A stretch of 64,000 bases of DNA, taken from NCBI GenBank assembly GCA_002433895.1, contig DJJA01000003.1, positions 288,486 to 352,485 of the forward strand. The letters run 5' to 3'. The translations under genes and the position numbers were made by a program. This DNA is from Candidatus Gottesmanbacteria bacterium UBA6580. GTDB lineage: Bacteria > Patescibacteriota > Microgenomatia > UBA10105 > UBA927. The first letter of the stretch is position 1; each line of letters starts with the position of its first letter. Shown piece after piece: positions 19,401 to 29,629 of this stretch. The notes below the pieces were generated by a model. That model did no database searches. It had not been told where the DNA came from and worked only from the letters and a program-made list of their open reading frames with translations.

Positions 19401-21095
19401 ATGAAATCATTGAAGGTTTTAGTTTTGGCAGTTCTATTGCTTGTCGCTCCGTTTGGCGTGCGCGCCCAGGAGAGCGATCTGTATGCTGGCACCGAGCACA
19501 TACGCCTGCATCACGACAGTATTTCCATACAGGCAGATGGCACCATGCTCGTTGAAGAACGGATTGAGTATGATTTTGACACGCTTTCGCGCCATGGAAT
19601 TTACCGGGATATCCCGTACATAAAAACAAACGAGAATGGCAAAAAATACATCATGGATATTTCGGGATTTACGGTGCGGGATGAAGCCGGAAATCCGTAT
19701 AAATTCACCGAAAGCCGGGAAAATGATGCAATCCGTTGGAAAATCGGTGATCCGGGAGTCACGATAACCGGGGCACACACGTACGACATGAGCTATACCG
19801 TTTCCGGCGCGCTCACCTATTTTCCCGGGCATGATGAGCTGTACTGGAACGTGATCGGTGCCGGTTGGCCGGTGCCGATCGCCAGAGCTTCGGTGACCGT
19901 AGCGCTCCCCAGTGGAGTGCCGGAGGCAGATTTGCATGTCGCGTGTTACACGGGAGCCGCGGGGAGTACGGATACTGATTGCGTGACCAAAAAAACGGGC
20001 GACCGGACCGTCAGCATCCAAACATCCCGGCCACTCAACAGTTATGAAGGACTTACTGTGGTGGTGGGATTTCCCAAAGGGATCGTTGCCGTACTGGAGC
20101 CCCGTGAACTAGTTCCCTTTTTTGACACGTTGTGGGGAAAAGTAGTATTGGCGTTTATCACCATTGGCGCGTTCCTTTGGTATATTGTGGCTCCGATTGC
20201 CGTCATCCGTAAGTGGTGGACAAATGGCCGGGATCCAAAACCAGCGATGGGGGAAGCCCGCGCGTGGTTCAGTCCGCCAAAAAACCAGCATCACCGGCCG
20301 CTTACTCCCGCGGAAACCGGTACGCTTATCGATGAGCGGGCGGATTTGCGTGATATATACGCGTCTATCGTAGACTTAGCACGGCGCGGGTATCTTACCA
20401 TCATCGAGACCAAAAAAAACGTATTTGACCTGGAAAAACGCAACGAAGCTGACACAAATCTTCTGCCGTTTGAGCGGGAATTACTCCAAGGGATATTTAA
20501 AAGTGGTGACCGGGTGAGTGTAAAGTCTATTGATCTTACCAAGACCTTGGAAAAAGTGAAATCGATGCTGTACGAAATACTCGTCCATGATAAATTTTTC
20601 CCCACCAATCCCAACACACTGCGCGGGTGGTATGTGGCGCTTGCGGTTGTGGCACTCATGAGCTTTAATCCGATACTGTTTTTAGTGGCGTTAATTTTTG
20701 GGCAAAATATGCCCCGTAAAACACTCTTTGGCGCCGAACAGGCGGCAATTGCGCGGAGCTTAAAAAATTTCCTGACGAGCCAAGACAAGCAGTTGGCGTT
20801 TCAGGCAAAAAATCAAATGATGTTTGAAAAATTATTAGCCTTTGCGGTTGCGTTTGGCGTGGAAGAAATATGGGCGGAACGGTTTAAAAGCATGGGACTC
20901 AAAAATCCCGACTGGTACCAGTCCTCCACGGGTGGCAGATTTAATAGTGTTGTGTTTGCCCACAGTCTTGGGCATGGTATGAGCGCCTCGTTTGCGGCGT
21001 CTATCGCCGCACACTCATCGACAGGGTCGTCATCCGGGTTTTCCGGCGGCTCATCGGGAGGCGGCGGTGGCGGCGGTGGCGGCGGAAGTTGGTAA
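19401..21095 (+). CDS. DUF2207-family membrane protein
   Basis: Signal peptide, ELYWNVIG.GW, IVDLARRGYL, and a C-terminal GGSSGGGGGGGGGGSW. Confidence 0.9.
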   Translation: MKSLKVLVLAVLLLVAPFGVRAQESDLYAGTEHIRLHHDSISIQADGTMLVEERIEYDFDTLSRHGIYRDIPYIKTNENGKKYIMDISGFTVRDEAGNPYKFTESRENDAIRWKIGDPGVTITGAHTYDMSYTVSGALTYFPGHDELYWNVIGAGWPVPIARASVTVALPSGVPEADLHVACYTGAAGSTDTDCVTKKTGDRTVSIQTSRPLNSYEGLTVVVGFPKGIVAVLEPRELVPFFDTLWGKVVLAFITIGAFLWYIVAPIAVIRKWWTNGRDPKPAMGEARAWFSPPKNQHHRPLTPAETGTLIDERADLRDIYASIVDLARRGYLTIIETKKNVFDLEKRNEADTNLLPFERELLQGIFKSGDRVSVKSIDLTKTLEKVKSMLYEILVHDKFFPTNPNTLRGWYVALAVVALMSFNPILFLVALIFGQNMPRKTLFGAEQAAIARSLKNFLTSQDKQLAFQAKNQMMFEKLLAFAVAFGVEEIWAERFKSMGLKNPDWYQSSTGGRFNSVVFAHSLGHGMSASFAASIAAHSSTGSSSGFSGGSSGGGGGGGGGGSW

Positions 21096-21155
21096 TACTT
21101 CTTTCATTGACTTCTTTCTTTGTTATCTATATTACTTATATAGGAGGAATTTCTT

Positions 21156-21653
21156 ATGGCGGCATACAGCAAACGTCCTATGTGGCAGTGGGTACTTATT
21201 TACCTATTGGTTGGTGGCCTGGTCTACTGGCTGATTTATTACTTCGTTTTCGCCAAAAATGGGAACGGATACAAGATGGGAAGCGATTATAACTACAACG
21301 CGACACCAGAGGAGATGCGCTCAAAGGTGACTATCACGCTCAGTGAGCTTAACGGCTCAGGAGAAAGCGGAACCGCCATACTCGAGGAGGTCGATGGTAA
21401 AGTGACCGTGACGGTTAATTTGACGGGGTTCCCGGCTGATGGCGTGTCACAACCGGCGCATTTGCATGTGGGTGAATGTCCGGGAGTCGGCGCGGTGAAA
21501 TACCCGATCACATCATTGGTCAATGGTACATCAGTAACCATGCTTGATGTGACGCTCGCGCAGCTAAAGAGTGAGTTGCCATTGGCGCTCAACGTGCATA
21601 AGTCAGCAGCAGAAGCAAAAGTATATACCGCATGCGGCGGATTATCACTTTAA
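21156..21653 (+). CDS. Membrane-anchored CHRD/Cu-SOD-like domain protein
   Basis: TM segment, QPAHLHVGEC and LNVHKS...YTACG. Confidence 0.6.
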   Translation: MAAYSKRPMWQWVLIYLLVGGLVYWLIYYFVFAKNGNGYKMGSDYNYNATPEEMRSKVTITLSELNGSGESGTAILEEVDGKVTVTVNLTGFPADGVSQPAHLHVGECPGVGAVKYPITSLVNGTSVTMLDVTLAQLKSELPLALNVHKSAAEAKVYTACGGLSL

Positions 21654-21889
21654 AGCGGAAGACTGCGTTGTCCTGACACAACCTTGGGGGTTGCCGGTTT
21701 TTCCTTCGCCTCAAGCGAGCCGGAGACGATCAGTTCCAAAAGATCGTTCCGTAATATGGCATAAATGCCGTGGCCGCCCGCGGATAACCGGCGCGCTTTG
21801 AGTTTTTTATTCTCTATCCATCGTCTGATCGTGTCGGGGTGTTTGTGGAGAAATGTTGCTGCTTCTTCTACAGTGACGATATCTTGCAT
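21650..21889 (-). CDS. HTH_17 (excisionase-like) DNA-binding protein
   Basis: TVEEAATFLHKHPDTIRRWIENKKLKA. Confidence 0.8.
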   Translation of the reverse strand: MQDIVTVEEAATFLHKHPDTIRRWIENKKLKARRLSAGGHGIYAILRNDLLELIVSGSLEAKEKPATPKVVSGQRSLPL

Positions 21890-21930
21890 AAGCAGCCTAG
21901 AGTATACCACACGTGTGCTATACTCACGGC

Positions 21931-23019
21931 GTGAGGATAATCGCCGGCCTTATTCTTTTTCTGGTTGTGGTAGCGGGAGCGGCGGCGTTGGTAGACATTT
22001 CGTTTTTGCGGTCATTTATTCCCCGGGCTGATGTATTGGGTGAGAAAAAAGAAAATATTCCTGCCCCGGCACCCACGCCTGTTATGCCACAATTCTCCCT
22101 TAATTCCATATTTTCTTCTGATCACTCGTGGGTAACGGATTTACCGGCGGACGCGGCGGTCACCATGATCGCAACCGGAGATGTGATACCCGCAAGATCG
22201 GTGAATTACAAAATGGTGACGGGACACGGGTTCCGCTGGCCGTTTGAAAAAACCGCTGATGTACTTTCCAGCGCTGACATGACAGTGATAAACCTGGAAA
22301 CGCCGTTGCTTTCCAATTGTCCTATTACGGTGGAAGGCATGTTGTTTTGTGGCGACGCGCGGGTAACAGAAGGATTAACCTATGCCGGTATCGATATCGC
22401 GACGTTAGGAAACAACCACGTAGGAAATCATTACCTCGAAGGGATCGCGGAAACAAAGCAAATATTAATCAATGCCGGCATCGTACCTGTCGCGGATACA
22501 CCGGCATACAAAGAAGTGAAAGGGACGAAGTTCGCCTTCCTTGCCTACAACGATATTGGCGCTCCTGAGGCGGGGGTACCATGGGCAGAGGAATATAAAA
22601 TCAAAACGGATATTGCCGAAGCCCGGAAGAACGCGGACATCATCATCGTGTCATACCATTGGGGCGTGGAGTACGTTACCGAGCCCACGGAGCGACAGAG
22701 AAATTTGGCGCACTTCACTATCGATAACGGCGCGGATGTGGTACTAGGTAATCATCCGCACTGGGTGCAACCCGTAGAATTTTACAACGATAAATTTATC
22801 ATCTACGCGCATGGGAATTTCGTATTTGATCAGGAGTGGAGTGAGGAAACGAAATTAGGAGTGATCGGAAAGTACACGTTTTATGATAAAAAATTGGTGG
22901 ACGTCGAGTATATGCCTATCCGCATCGTGGATTACGGGCAACCATATTTTCTGGAAGGTGACGCGCGGCAGAAGGTGTCGGACGCGTTGCGGATACATAG
23001 TGAGTACATGGTAAAATAA
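21931..23019 (+). CDS. CapA/PgsA family metallophosphoesterase
   Basis: ATGDV, NLETP, LGNNH, HWGVEY, GNHPH, GNFVFDQ. Confidence 0.9.
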   Translation: MRIIAGLILFLVVVAGAAALVDISFLRSFIPRADVLGEKKENIPAPAPTPVMPQFSLNSIFSSDHSWVTDLPADAAVTMIATGDVIPARSVNYKMVTGHGFRWPFEKTADVLSSADMTVINLETPLLSNCPITVEGMLFCGDARVTEGLTYAGIDIATLGNNHVGNHYLEGIAETKQILINAGIVPVADTPAYKEVKGTKFAFLAYNDIGAPEAGVPWAEEYKIKTDIAEARKNADIIIVSYHWGVEYVTEPTERQRNLAHFTIDNGADVVLGNHPHWVQPVEFYNDKFIIYAHGNFVFDQEWSEETKLGVIGKYTFYDKKLVDVEYMPIRIVDYGQPYFLEGDARQKVSDALRIHSEYMVK

Positions 23020-23024
23020 CTGGC

Positions 23025-23294
23025 ATGAAATCATTAGAAGCACTAGAAGCCGAGATCATGAAGCTTCAGGCGCGGAATAAACGGGTAGAGGCAGATAAAG
23101 CATGGGAGACAAGCCTCACCCGCCGGTTATTTATCAGCGGCGCAACGTACTTTTTGATTGCGGTTTTTATGATTGTTCTTGGCGTGGAAAAACCGTTTGT
23201 TTCCGCGATTATCCCCGCGATAGCGTATCTTATCTCTACCGCATCACTCGCGGCGCTCAAGGAAGTCTGGCTCGCGGGACAAAAAAAGACGTAA
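23025..23294 (+). CDS. Small membrane protein
   Basis: RNKRVEADKAWETS followed by two TM segments. Confidence 0.7.
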   Translation: MKSLEALEAEIMKLQARNKRVEADKAWETSLTRRLFISGATYFLIAVFMIVLGVEKPFVSAIIPAIAYLISTASLAALKEVWLAGQKKT

Positions 23295-23304
23295 ACCATT
23301 TACG

Positions 23305-24159
23305 TCAAAGAAGGGTATTAAATTCCAGGATCATCGCGACATCATGATTGTCGAGCGGTTTGGTTTCCCGCATGCGGGATAATAGTGTTTTTAAGATAAC
23401 CTGCTGGCGTTTTAGTTTTTTATAATACTCTTCGGTGTAGCGGGGATTATTTTTAAGGCGTTCGGTAAACCAGATGAGCGGATGAAGATTTTCGTTTACG
23501 GCAGCATATTGTTTTTCGTATAGTTCTTTTTCCGTCGTGTTGTACCCAAGGTATTCGGCAATACCTCCGGGAATGGTGAAGAGCTGCACCGCGTAGTTGA
23601 CGTAGTATTGTTTATACGGTCCTTCGACAATAGCCGCGCCGGTATCGGTGAGCGTGGGGTCGAGCAGGTTTGCCCGGTGCGATGTGCTGTTCATAAACCC
23701 TTCAACGAAATTGGCCGCGGAAATCCCGCCCATGCCAATGTTTTCAGATGCGTATATGAACGAATATTCGAGCTTTGGTAATACCGTGCCAAGTTCTATG
23801 CCTTCATACGGATCCTGATGTGAAAAATTTTGGTATTTTTTTATGACATCCGCGCGCATCTTGGCAGCCCGCATAAGTGTGGCATTGAGGCGTAGCGCGG
23901 GGGCATTATGAGCCGCGCGGATATTGTTAATCTCGTCAACAAAATCGATGGGGTCGATAGTCTGGGCACCTAAAACCGATTGATCTATGGTGGTCAGTGT
24001 TAGCGGGCCGCTCAGTGATGTGTGGGAAATCCGTTCGGGAACGGGGAGAGGAGCGAGTGCTACTTGCCTCGGCGCGGTTTTATAACCATATACAAAGCAC
24101 ATGAGGAGGGTAATGAAAATAACGTACGGCTGATGATTCCTGGCGTGTTTTTTGGTCAT
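23305..24159 (-). CDS. CAP/SCP-domain protein
   Basis: N..R, FSH, ENIG, and MNSTSHRANLL motifs. Confidence 0.85.
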   Translation of the reverse strand: MTKKHARNHQPYVIFITLLMCFVYGYKTAPRQVALAPLPVPERISHTSLSGPLTLTTIDQSVLGAQTIDPIDFVDEINNIRAAHNAPALRLNATLMRAAKMRADVIKKYQNFSHQDPYEGIELGTVLPKLEYSFIYASENIGMGGISAANFVEGFMNSTSHRANLLDPTLTDTGAAIVEGPYKQYYVNYAVQLFTIPGGIAEYLGYNTTEKELYEKQYAAVNENLHPLIWFTERLKNNPRYTEEYYKKLKRQQVILKTLLSRMRETKPLDNHDVAMILEFNTLL

Positions 24160-24217
24160 GAGAAAAGTATAGCATTGTCACGTGTTTATCCCGCGGGCGT
24201 ATGAGGTTTGGTTCGCG

Positions 24218-25087
24218 CTAAATTTTAAACTTTTCAACTAAAAAGGTTGAGCCTACGATAATCGCGCCCCCTACAATTTCCACCGGTGTTAACCGCTCTC
24301 CAAGTAGCGGATAGGAAAGAAGTGCCACGAATACCGGGGTGAGGGAAAATATCATGGTGACAAATGACGCGGTGGAAAATGTGTACGCGCGGTTTCTCGC
24401 CATCGTGAGGGTAAACGAAAACGCGGCGCCGACCAAAATCATCAGTATATTTACCGGGAGTTTGAGGGAACCACTGAGATATCCGAATATCAGGAGTGAC
24501 GCCGCAGAGACAATAGAAATTGCGGAGCCACTCAGGTCTGGATGCATGCGGGACACTGTGTGTTTGATAAGGATATTAGCAACCAGCGCAGCGGACGCTG
24601 CCATAAGCAGGGTGTAGATGTCACCGCGGGTTAGCGCGATAACTTGTCCGCCCGTGGTGAGCAGATACGAGCCTGTGAGAATAAGCAACGTAAGAAACCA
24701 TTTTTTTATCGTGATCGCTTCTTTGAAAAAAATGTAAGCAAAGATAATCGTAAATACCACGATCGTCCGGTAAAGAAATGAAAAGTTCACCGCCGAGGTG
24801 TTGGCAAGCGCAAGCGCTTGCAGATAGTTGATACCGATAGATGACGCGATGCCAATGCCCACGAGGTACAGCTTAAATTTGGTAGAAAGCGCTTTGTAGG
24901 CGTTAACGTGCCGCTTAAAAAGGAAGGCCCACGGGATAACCATGGCAAGACCAATCCATATCGTGAGGTTGAGCGGTTCTTCGCCATGGGAGAGGAGATA
25001 GCGGGAATTGACGATAGAGCACGCCCACAGGAACGACGACGTGACGGCAAACAGTAGCCCTTTGTTCATTTTGGAAAATAATTTCAT
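24218..25087 (-). CDS. DMT/EamA family transporter
   Basis: 10-TM pattern with FFKE and LLGERLT motifs. Confidence 0.85.
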   Translation of the reverse strand: MKLFSKMNKGLLFAVTSSFLWACSIVNSRYLLSHGEEPLNLTIWIGLAMVIPWAFLFKRHVNAYKALSTKFKLYLVGIGIASSIGINYLQALALANTSAVNFSFLYRTIVVFTIIFAYIFFKEAITIKKWFLTLLILTGSYLLTTGGQVIALTRGDIYTLLMAASAALVANILIKHTVSRMHPDLSGSAISIVSAASLLIFGYLSGSLKLPVNILMILVGAAFSFTLTMARNRAYTFSTASFVTMIFSLTPVFVALLSYPLLGERLTPVEIVGGAIIVGSTFLVEKFKI

Positions 25088-25140
25088 AACCTCCGTATTA
25101 TAGAATATTAGTGATCCCGGGTGGTGATAGAATACATAGT

Positions 25141-25608
25141 ATGATCAAAGCCGCTGATTTTTCACTCCCCGACCAAAATGGGGTAGTCCATACACTTAAG
25201 GAATACCGGGGAAAATGGCTGATCCTCTATTTTTATCCCAAGGATGATACGCCCGGGTGTACGAAAGAAGCCTGCAGTTTCCGTGATAGTGTCGCCGAGT
25301 TTGCAAAACGCGGGGTCGCGATTGTGGGAGTTTCGCGTGACAGCGTAGCGTCACACAAAAAATTTGCGGATAAATACAAACTCACCTTTACCCTGTTAAG
25401 TGATGAAAGCCTCGCGATGATCAAGACATACAACGCGTGGGGAGAAAAGAAATTTATGGGCAAGGTGTTTAGCGGGATACTGCGCAACACCTATCTCATA
25501 AACCCCCAAGGCGAGATAGCGAAAGTATATGAAAAGGTAAATCCGCTGGTGCACTCGGAAGAATTGCTCCGCGACCTGGATATGTTTACTAAAATGTATG
25601 AAACATAA
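25141..25608 (+). CDS. bcp: Peroxiredoxin Bcp/PrxQ
   Basis: YFYPKDDTPGCTKEAC. Confidence 0.95.
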   Translation: MIKAADFSLPDQNGVVHTLKEYRGKWLILYFYPKDDTPGCTKEACSFRDSVAEFAKRGVAIVGVSRDSVASHKKFADKYKLTFTLLSDESLAMIKTYNAWGEKKFMGKVFSGILRNTYLINPQGEIAKVYEKVNPLVHSEELLRDLDMFTKMYET

Positions 25609-25900
25609 CGAATACCAGATGCACGTAAAAGTGTGGGAATATCAGGGAGATGGCGCGTGGCATTTCGTCACGCTACCCGTTGATATGGCAGCGGAGATTA
25701 AACAGCTTTTTGGTTTGCCGCGGCACGGATGGGGGTCGATACCGGTCGGGGTGACGATAGGGAATTCGGTATGGAAAACATCAATTTTTCCCGACAAAGA
25801 AAGCGGGTCATACGTGTTGCCCATAAAATCAGCAGTGAGGAAAGCAGAGGGAATTACAAAAGGGGATGATGTGACCGTGCTTATCCGGGTACTAAACTAA
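25598..25900 (+). CDS. DUF1905-family protein
   Basis: GAWHFV.LP, WKTSIFP, LPIK..VRKAEG. Confidence 0.85.
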   Translation: MKHNEYQMHVKVWEYQGDGAWHFVTLPVDMAAEIKQLFGLPRHGWGSIPVGVTIGNSVWKTSIFPDKESGSYVLPIKSAVRKAEGITKGDDVTVLIRVLN

Positions 25901-25901
25901 G

Positions 25902-26117
25902 TTACTTCCGGACATCGATATACTCCTGCAGCTGGACGACGAAGTCAGCAACAGCTGGAATAAATTCAAAAGTACTGAGTGTTTTTACCACGATAGTGAG
26001 CACCATGGTGGCTCCGATGACGGAGCCCAATCCCCACATAAGTCCACCGATAAAGTTTTTGGCAATGATATTGCCCCACCCGGTTTTTTCGTTGGCCTCG
26101 TACCGCTCACGTTTCAT
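25902..26117 (-). CDS. Small membrane protein (DUF5665-like)
   Basis: NFIGGLMWGLGSVIGAT. Confidence 0.7.
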   Translation of the reverse strand: MKRERYEANEKTGWGNIIAKNFIGGLMWGLGSVIGATMVLTIVVKTLSTFEFIPAVADFVVQLQEYIDVRK

Positions 26118-26165
26118 ATATCTAGCATACGGGGTTTGGGGAAAATTCGCTAGACGCGTGGGGAG

Positions 26166-26429
26166 TTAGCGGGTGCCTCTTTGTGATCGGGAGGTGTACT
26201 CGACTTCAGATACTGTGCGGCGCCAAAGTAATCCTTTGCCGCGGAGCGTGGAATTTACGTCATCTTGATCAAGCCATTGGGATTTAGAAAAACTTGCCAG
26301 TCTCGTGGGGCGCTCACCCGGCAATTTGAAACTCACCGTCGCGCGATTCTTTCCAAATGAAATGTTTACCAAGCCAATTTTCTCGCTACCTCCAACCGTC
26401 ATTGCGCCCTGATATTGATGCAGTTTCAT
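26166..26429 (-). CDS. Hypothetical protein
   Basis: 87-aa ORF from MKLHQYQG filling an intergenic gap; no recognisable motif. Confidence 0.45.
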   Translation of the reverse strand: MKLHQYQGAMTVGGSEKIGLVNISFGKNRATVSFKLPGERPTRLASFSKSQWLDQDDVNSTLRGKGLLWRRTVSEVEYTSRSQRGTR

Positions 26430-26551
26430 AATAGCCTGGCAGGAATTTTTCCTATAATAGCACATTATACTTAGTCTGCAAGCGTAAGGGTGTGGTAGCG
26501 CTAATAGGAAGGGTGTAGAATAGGGCAAAGAAATTGTAAGGTGAAGTATTT

Positions 26552-26788
26552 ATGGTTACATACAAACCCAAAAAAGGCGAAGTATTAGGAATGATTTTAT
26601 TCCTTTATGCAATTATAGTTGGGTTTTTTCTTAACTTAGTTGCGAGTATTATTTATGACTTATTGATTAAGTCAGCTTCTATTCATTGGAAAATAGGCAT
26701 TATGCTGTTTGGGCTTATTATTACTGGCGGAATATTTTATATAGTGAATGAATTTTATATTAAGCCTTTTGACAAGACCCATAAATAA
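26552..26788 (+). CDS. Small two-TM hypothetical protein
   Basis: 78-aa AT-rich ORF with two hydrophobic helices. Confidence 0.6.
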   Translation: MVTYKPKKGEVLGMILFLYAIIVGFFLNLVASIIYDLLIKSASIHWKIGIMLFGLIITGGIFYIVNEFYIKPFDKTHK

Positions 26789-26898
26789 TAGGGAAATTTT
26801 TAACAGCAGAGGATAGTTATTTTATCGTAATTCAATCACAAGGAGCGTATAATTTATTGTGCATGATTAAAGTAATGCTATTTTAATGAAAGGATTTT

Positions 26899-27717
26899 AT
26901 GATCATAGAGACATTAGATAAAAAGGAAGCCATAAAAAGACTAGTTCATACTGCTGTGGAATCATACGCGGCGGGTTTTCAGGCTCGTCACGAAGGAGAA
27001 TTTGAAAATCCAGAAGGCACACTTAACATGAAAATTCACAATGTTTTCATTGCAGTGCTTGGGCCAGAAATTCAGTACTACACAGCGTTAGTGCGTTCAT
27101 TAGATAGTTCATTGGGTAATATGTTGGAGAAATTAGCAATCAACATCGCAAAGTTTTCGTATGAAGTTAAAAGGAATGTTGAGGGACCACTTAGTCTTAA
27201 ACAAACTCAAGACATAGCAGAATTATTAGAAAAATATAAGCGCCGGGTAATTAGTCCTCCAACACAAGAGGATTATCAGCTTTTACGTAATAAGCCCGAT
27301 GAGCAAGCACTCGTGACAAAGAGGCACGATAGTGATTATTGTCTTACAGACAAAGAAACTGGAGAACATTTTTTGATAGAGCTAAAAATTGGTGGTGATC
27401 TCGATAATAAAAAGGCAAGATCGGAGAAGGAAGCTTTGTTAGAGCAATTTGCTATCTTGTCCAACACGCTTTCTGCGGATACGAAAATTCGTTTATTTTT
27501 TGCTACCGCATACAACCGCTATGGAGAAGATAAGGTTTGGGGTCAAGAGCGAGTCCGTCAATTCTTTGCAGAAGACGAATTATTAATTGGGCGAGCGTTT
27601 TGGAATTTTGTATGTAAATCTAACGATGGTTACGATGTTGTTTTGGAAGCATATAAGGAGAAAGCAGGGCTTATTAAAGCGGCACTAGATTCAATTAAAA
27701 AGACTTATCTTGGGTAA
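26899..27717 (+). CDS. Type II restriction endonuclease (TdeIII/HinfI-like)
   Basis: SLDSSLG..LE, D...IELKIGGDLDNKKARSEK (PD-(D/E)XK), FATAYN, LIG..FWNFVC; adjacent to two MTases. Confidence 0.8.
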   Translation: MIIETLDKKEAIKRLVHTAVESYAAGFQARHEGEFENPEGTLNMKIHNVFIAVLGPEIQYYTALVRSLDSSLGNMLEKLAINIAKFSYEVKRNVEGPLSLKQTQDIAELLEKYKRRVISPPTQEDYQLLRNKPDEQALVTKRHDSDYCLTDKETGEHFLIELKIGGDLDNKKARSEKEALLEQFAILSNTLSADTKIRLFFATAYNRYGEDKVWGQERVRQFFAEDELLIGRAFWNFVCKSNDGYDVVLEAYKEKAGLIKAALDSIKKTYLG

Positions 27718-27720
27718 TTC

Positions 27721-28857
27721 ATGCAACCAATCATCAAGTGGCCTGGCGGTAAATCAAAGGAATTTGAGCAGATAAAAAATCTGATACCTCCTCACACCCG
27801 GTATATAGAGCCTTTTTTTGGCGGTGGAGCTGTTTTTTTTAACCTGAAGCCCAATAATTCAATCATAAATGATTTTTGCGAAGAGTTGATGGAATTTTAC
27901 CGTTTTGTCAAAGGAGAAAGTAATCGGGTTGAATTTAAACATTGCCTATATGACTACGTAGACAATTGGGAAAAAGTGCCGAAGTTTTTAAGTGTGTTTG
28001 AAGACGATTTATCCCTTCTATATGGCGAATACAAGCGCGATAAGAAGTCAGAACAGGACATCAAGGAAATAATTAGATTTAAGCTAAAGTCAAATGAAGA
28101 TCGTTTCAATGGATTATTCTCGAAAGAGTTTGCGCTTGACCCACAAAACTTATTAGAAGAGATAATAAAAAATCTAATTTCAAAAATTAAACGAATAAAA
28201 CAAGTAGAAATGGAAAGAGGCGCTTTACCTAAAGGTGATTTATATAAGAATTTTGAAACAGCATTTAGAAGTGGTTTTTATATGCATTTTCGAGATGTTA
28301 TGAATAAGAATGGTGGGAAATATTTGATAACGAAAGCTAAAAAAATAGCTAATTATTACTTTATAAGAGAATTTTGTTATGGTTCAATGTTTAGGTTTAA
28401 TTCTAATGGGGATTTTAATATTCCTTACGGGGGTATAGCATATAACCATAAAGATTTTAGAGGAAAAGTTGATTATGTTTTTAGTAAGGAAGTTGAAGAA
28501 CTATTCAAAAATTCGAAGATATTTAGTACAGATTTCGAAAAAATACTCACTACTCAAAATTTAAAAGAAAGTGACTTTATGTTTTTAGATCCGCCTTACG
28601 ATACCGACTTTAGTAATTACGAAAAAAATGACTTCGGAAAACAAGACCATATTCGATTAGCAAATTGCCTTTACAAAACTAAGGCAAAATTTATATTGAT
28701 CATCAAAGAAACTCCCTTTATAAAAGACCTTTATTCAAATAGAGAGGGAATAATAATAGATAGCTTCGAAAAAAAGTATCTCTATAATGTTAAAGGTCGT
28801 AATAATCGCGATGCCCAACATCTCGTAGTTTACAATTTTGAGTATGGTGCAAAATGA
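27721..28857 (+). CDS. Dam/D12-class (alpha) N6-adenine DNA methyltransferase
   Basis: IKWPGGKS, YIEPFFGGGAV, RFNSNG.FNIPYG, FLDPPY. Confidence 0.93.
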   Translation: MQPIIKWPGGKSKEFEQIKNLIPPHTRYIEPFFGGGAVFFNLKPNNSIINDFCEELMEFYRFVKGESNRVEFKHCLYDYVDNWEKVPKFLSVFEDDLSLLYGEYKRDKKSEQDIKEIIRFKLKSNEDRFNGLFSKEFALDPQNLLEEIIKNLISKIKRIKQVEMERGALPKGDLYKNFETAFRSGFYMHFRDVMNKNGGKYLITKAKKIANYYFIREFCYGSMFRFNSNGDFNIPYGGIAYNHKDFRGKVDYVFSKEVEELFKNSKIFSTDFEKILTTQNLKESDFMFLDPPYDTDFSNYEKNDFGKQDHIRLANCLYKTKAKFILIIKETPFIKDLYSNREGIIIDSFEKKYLYNVKGRNNRDAQHLVVYNFEYGAK

Positions 28858-29629
28858 GAATTCAATAATTCATGGAGACGCTATCGATGAGCTAAAGAAA
28901 TTCCCAGATAATACGTTCGATTTAATTTTTGCTGACCCGCCTTATTATTTACAACTTCCAAAAGGAAAAAGACTTAGAAGAGCTGATGGCTCTGAGGTTA
29001 TTCCAGTTGACGATAAATGGGATAGTTTTGAAAGTTATGACGATTATGATGGTTTCACTTATAAATGGCTCAAAGAGTGCCAAAGAGTATTAAAACCAAC
29101 TGGTACGATTTGGGTTATTGGAATGTATCACAATATATTTCGAGTAGGAAAAATAATGCAGGACTTGGGAATTTGGTTCTTGAACGACATTATATGGGTG
29201 AAAATTGGAGCATTACCAAACCTTAGCTGTCGAAGGTTTACGAATAATCATGAAACCTTGATTTGGGCGGTTAAAAATAAGAAATCTAAGGGTTATACAT
29301 TTAATTATCAATTAATGAAAAGATTGAATGGTAACAAGCAGATGAAGGATACAGACTGGGTTTTCTCTATTTGTAGAGGAAATGAAAGAGAGCGAGATGA
29401 AAATGGCGTCAAATCCCACCCCACACAAAAACCCCTTAAACTAATTCAACACATTTTGCTGACAGCAAGCAATAAAGGAGATCTAGTTCTAGATCCTTTT
29501 ATGGGGAGCGGAACTACGGCAGTTGTTGCAACTGCACTCGGTCGTAGATGGATTGGTATAGAGAAGGAAGAAAAATATATAAAGGTAGCTACAACAAGAT
29601 TAAATAAATATATAGCTACCAAGAAATAG
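28844..29629 (+). CDS. Beta-class N6-adenine DNA methyltransferase, CcrM/M.HinfI-like, without the C-terminal extension
   Basis: FADPPYYLQL, WVIGMYHNIFRVG, RRFTNNHETLIWA, HPTQKP, LDPFMGSGTT. Confidence 0.92.
   Translation: MVQNENSIIHGDAIDELKKFPDNTFDLIFADPPYYLQLPKGKRLRRADGSEVIPVDDKWDSFESYDDYDGFTYKWLKECQRVLKPTGTIWVIGMYHNIFRVGKIMQDLGIWFLNDIIWVKIGALPNLSCRRFTNNHETLIWAVKNKKSKGYTFNYQLMKRLNGNKQMKDTDWVFSICRGNERERDENGVKSHPTQKPLKLIQHILLTASNKGDLVLDPFMGSGTTAVVATALGRRWIGIEKEEKYIKVATTRLNKYIATKK

Noticed and set aside
21650-21889. Excisionase-like gene as a prophage or ICE marker
   Set aside because: No integrase, att repeats or phage genes are adjacent.
25116-25127. CCGGGTGGTGA as a third copy of the element end
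   Set aside because: No partner inverted repeat and no TATG duplication.
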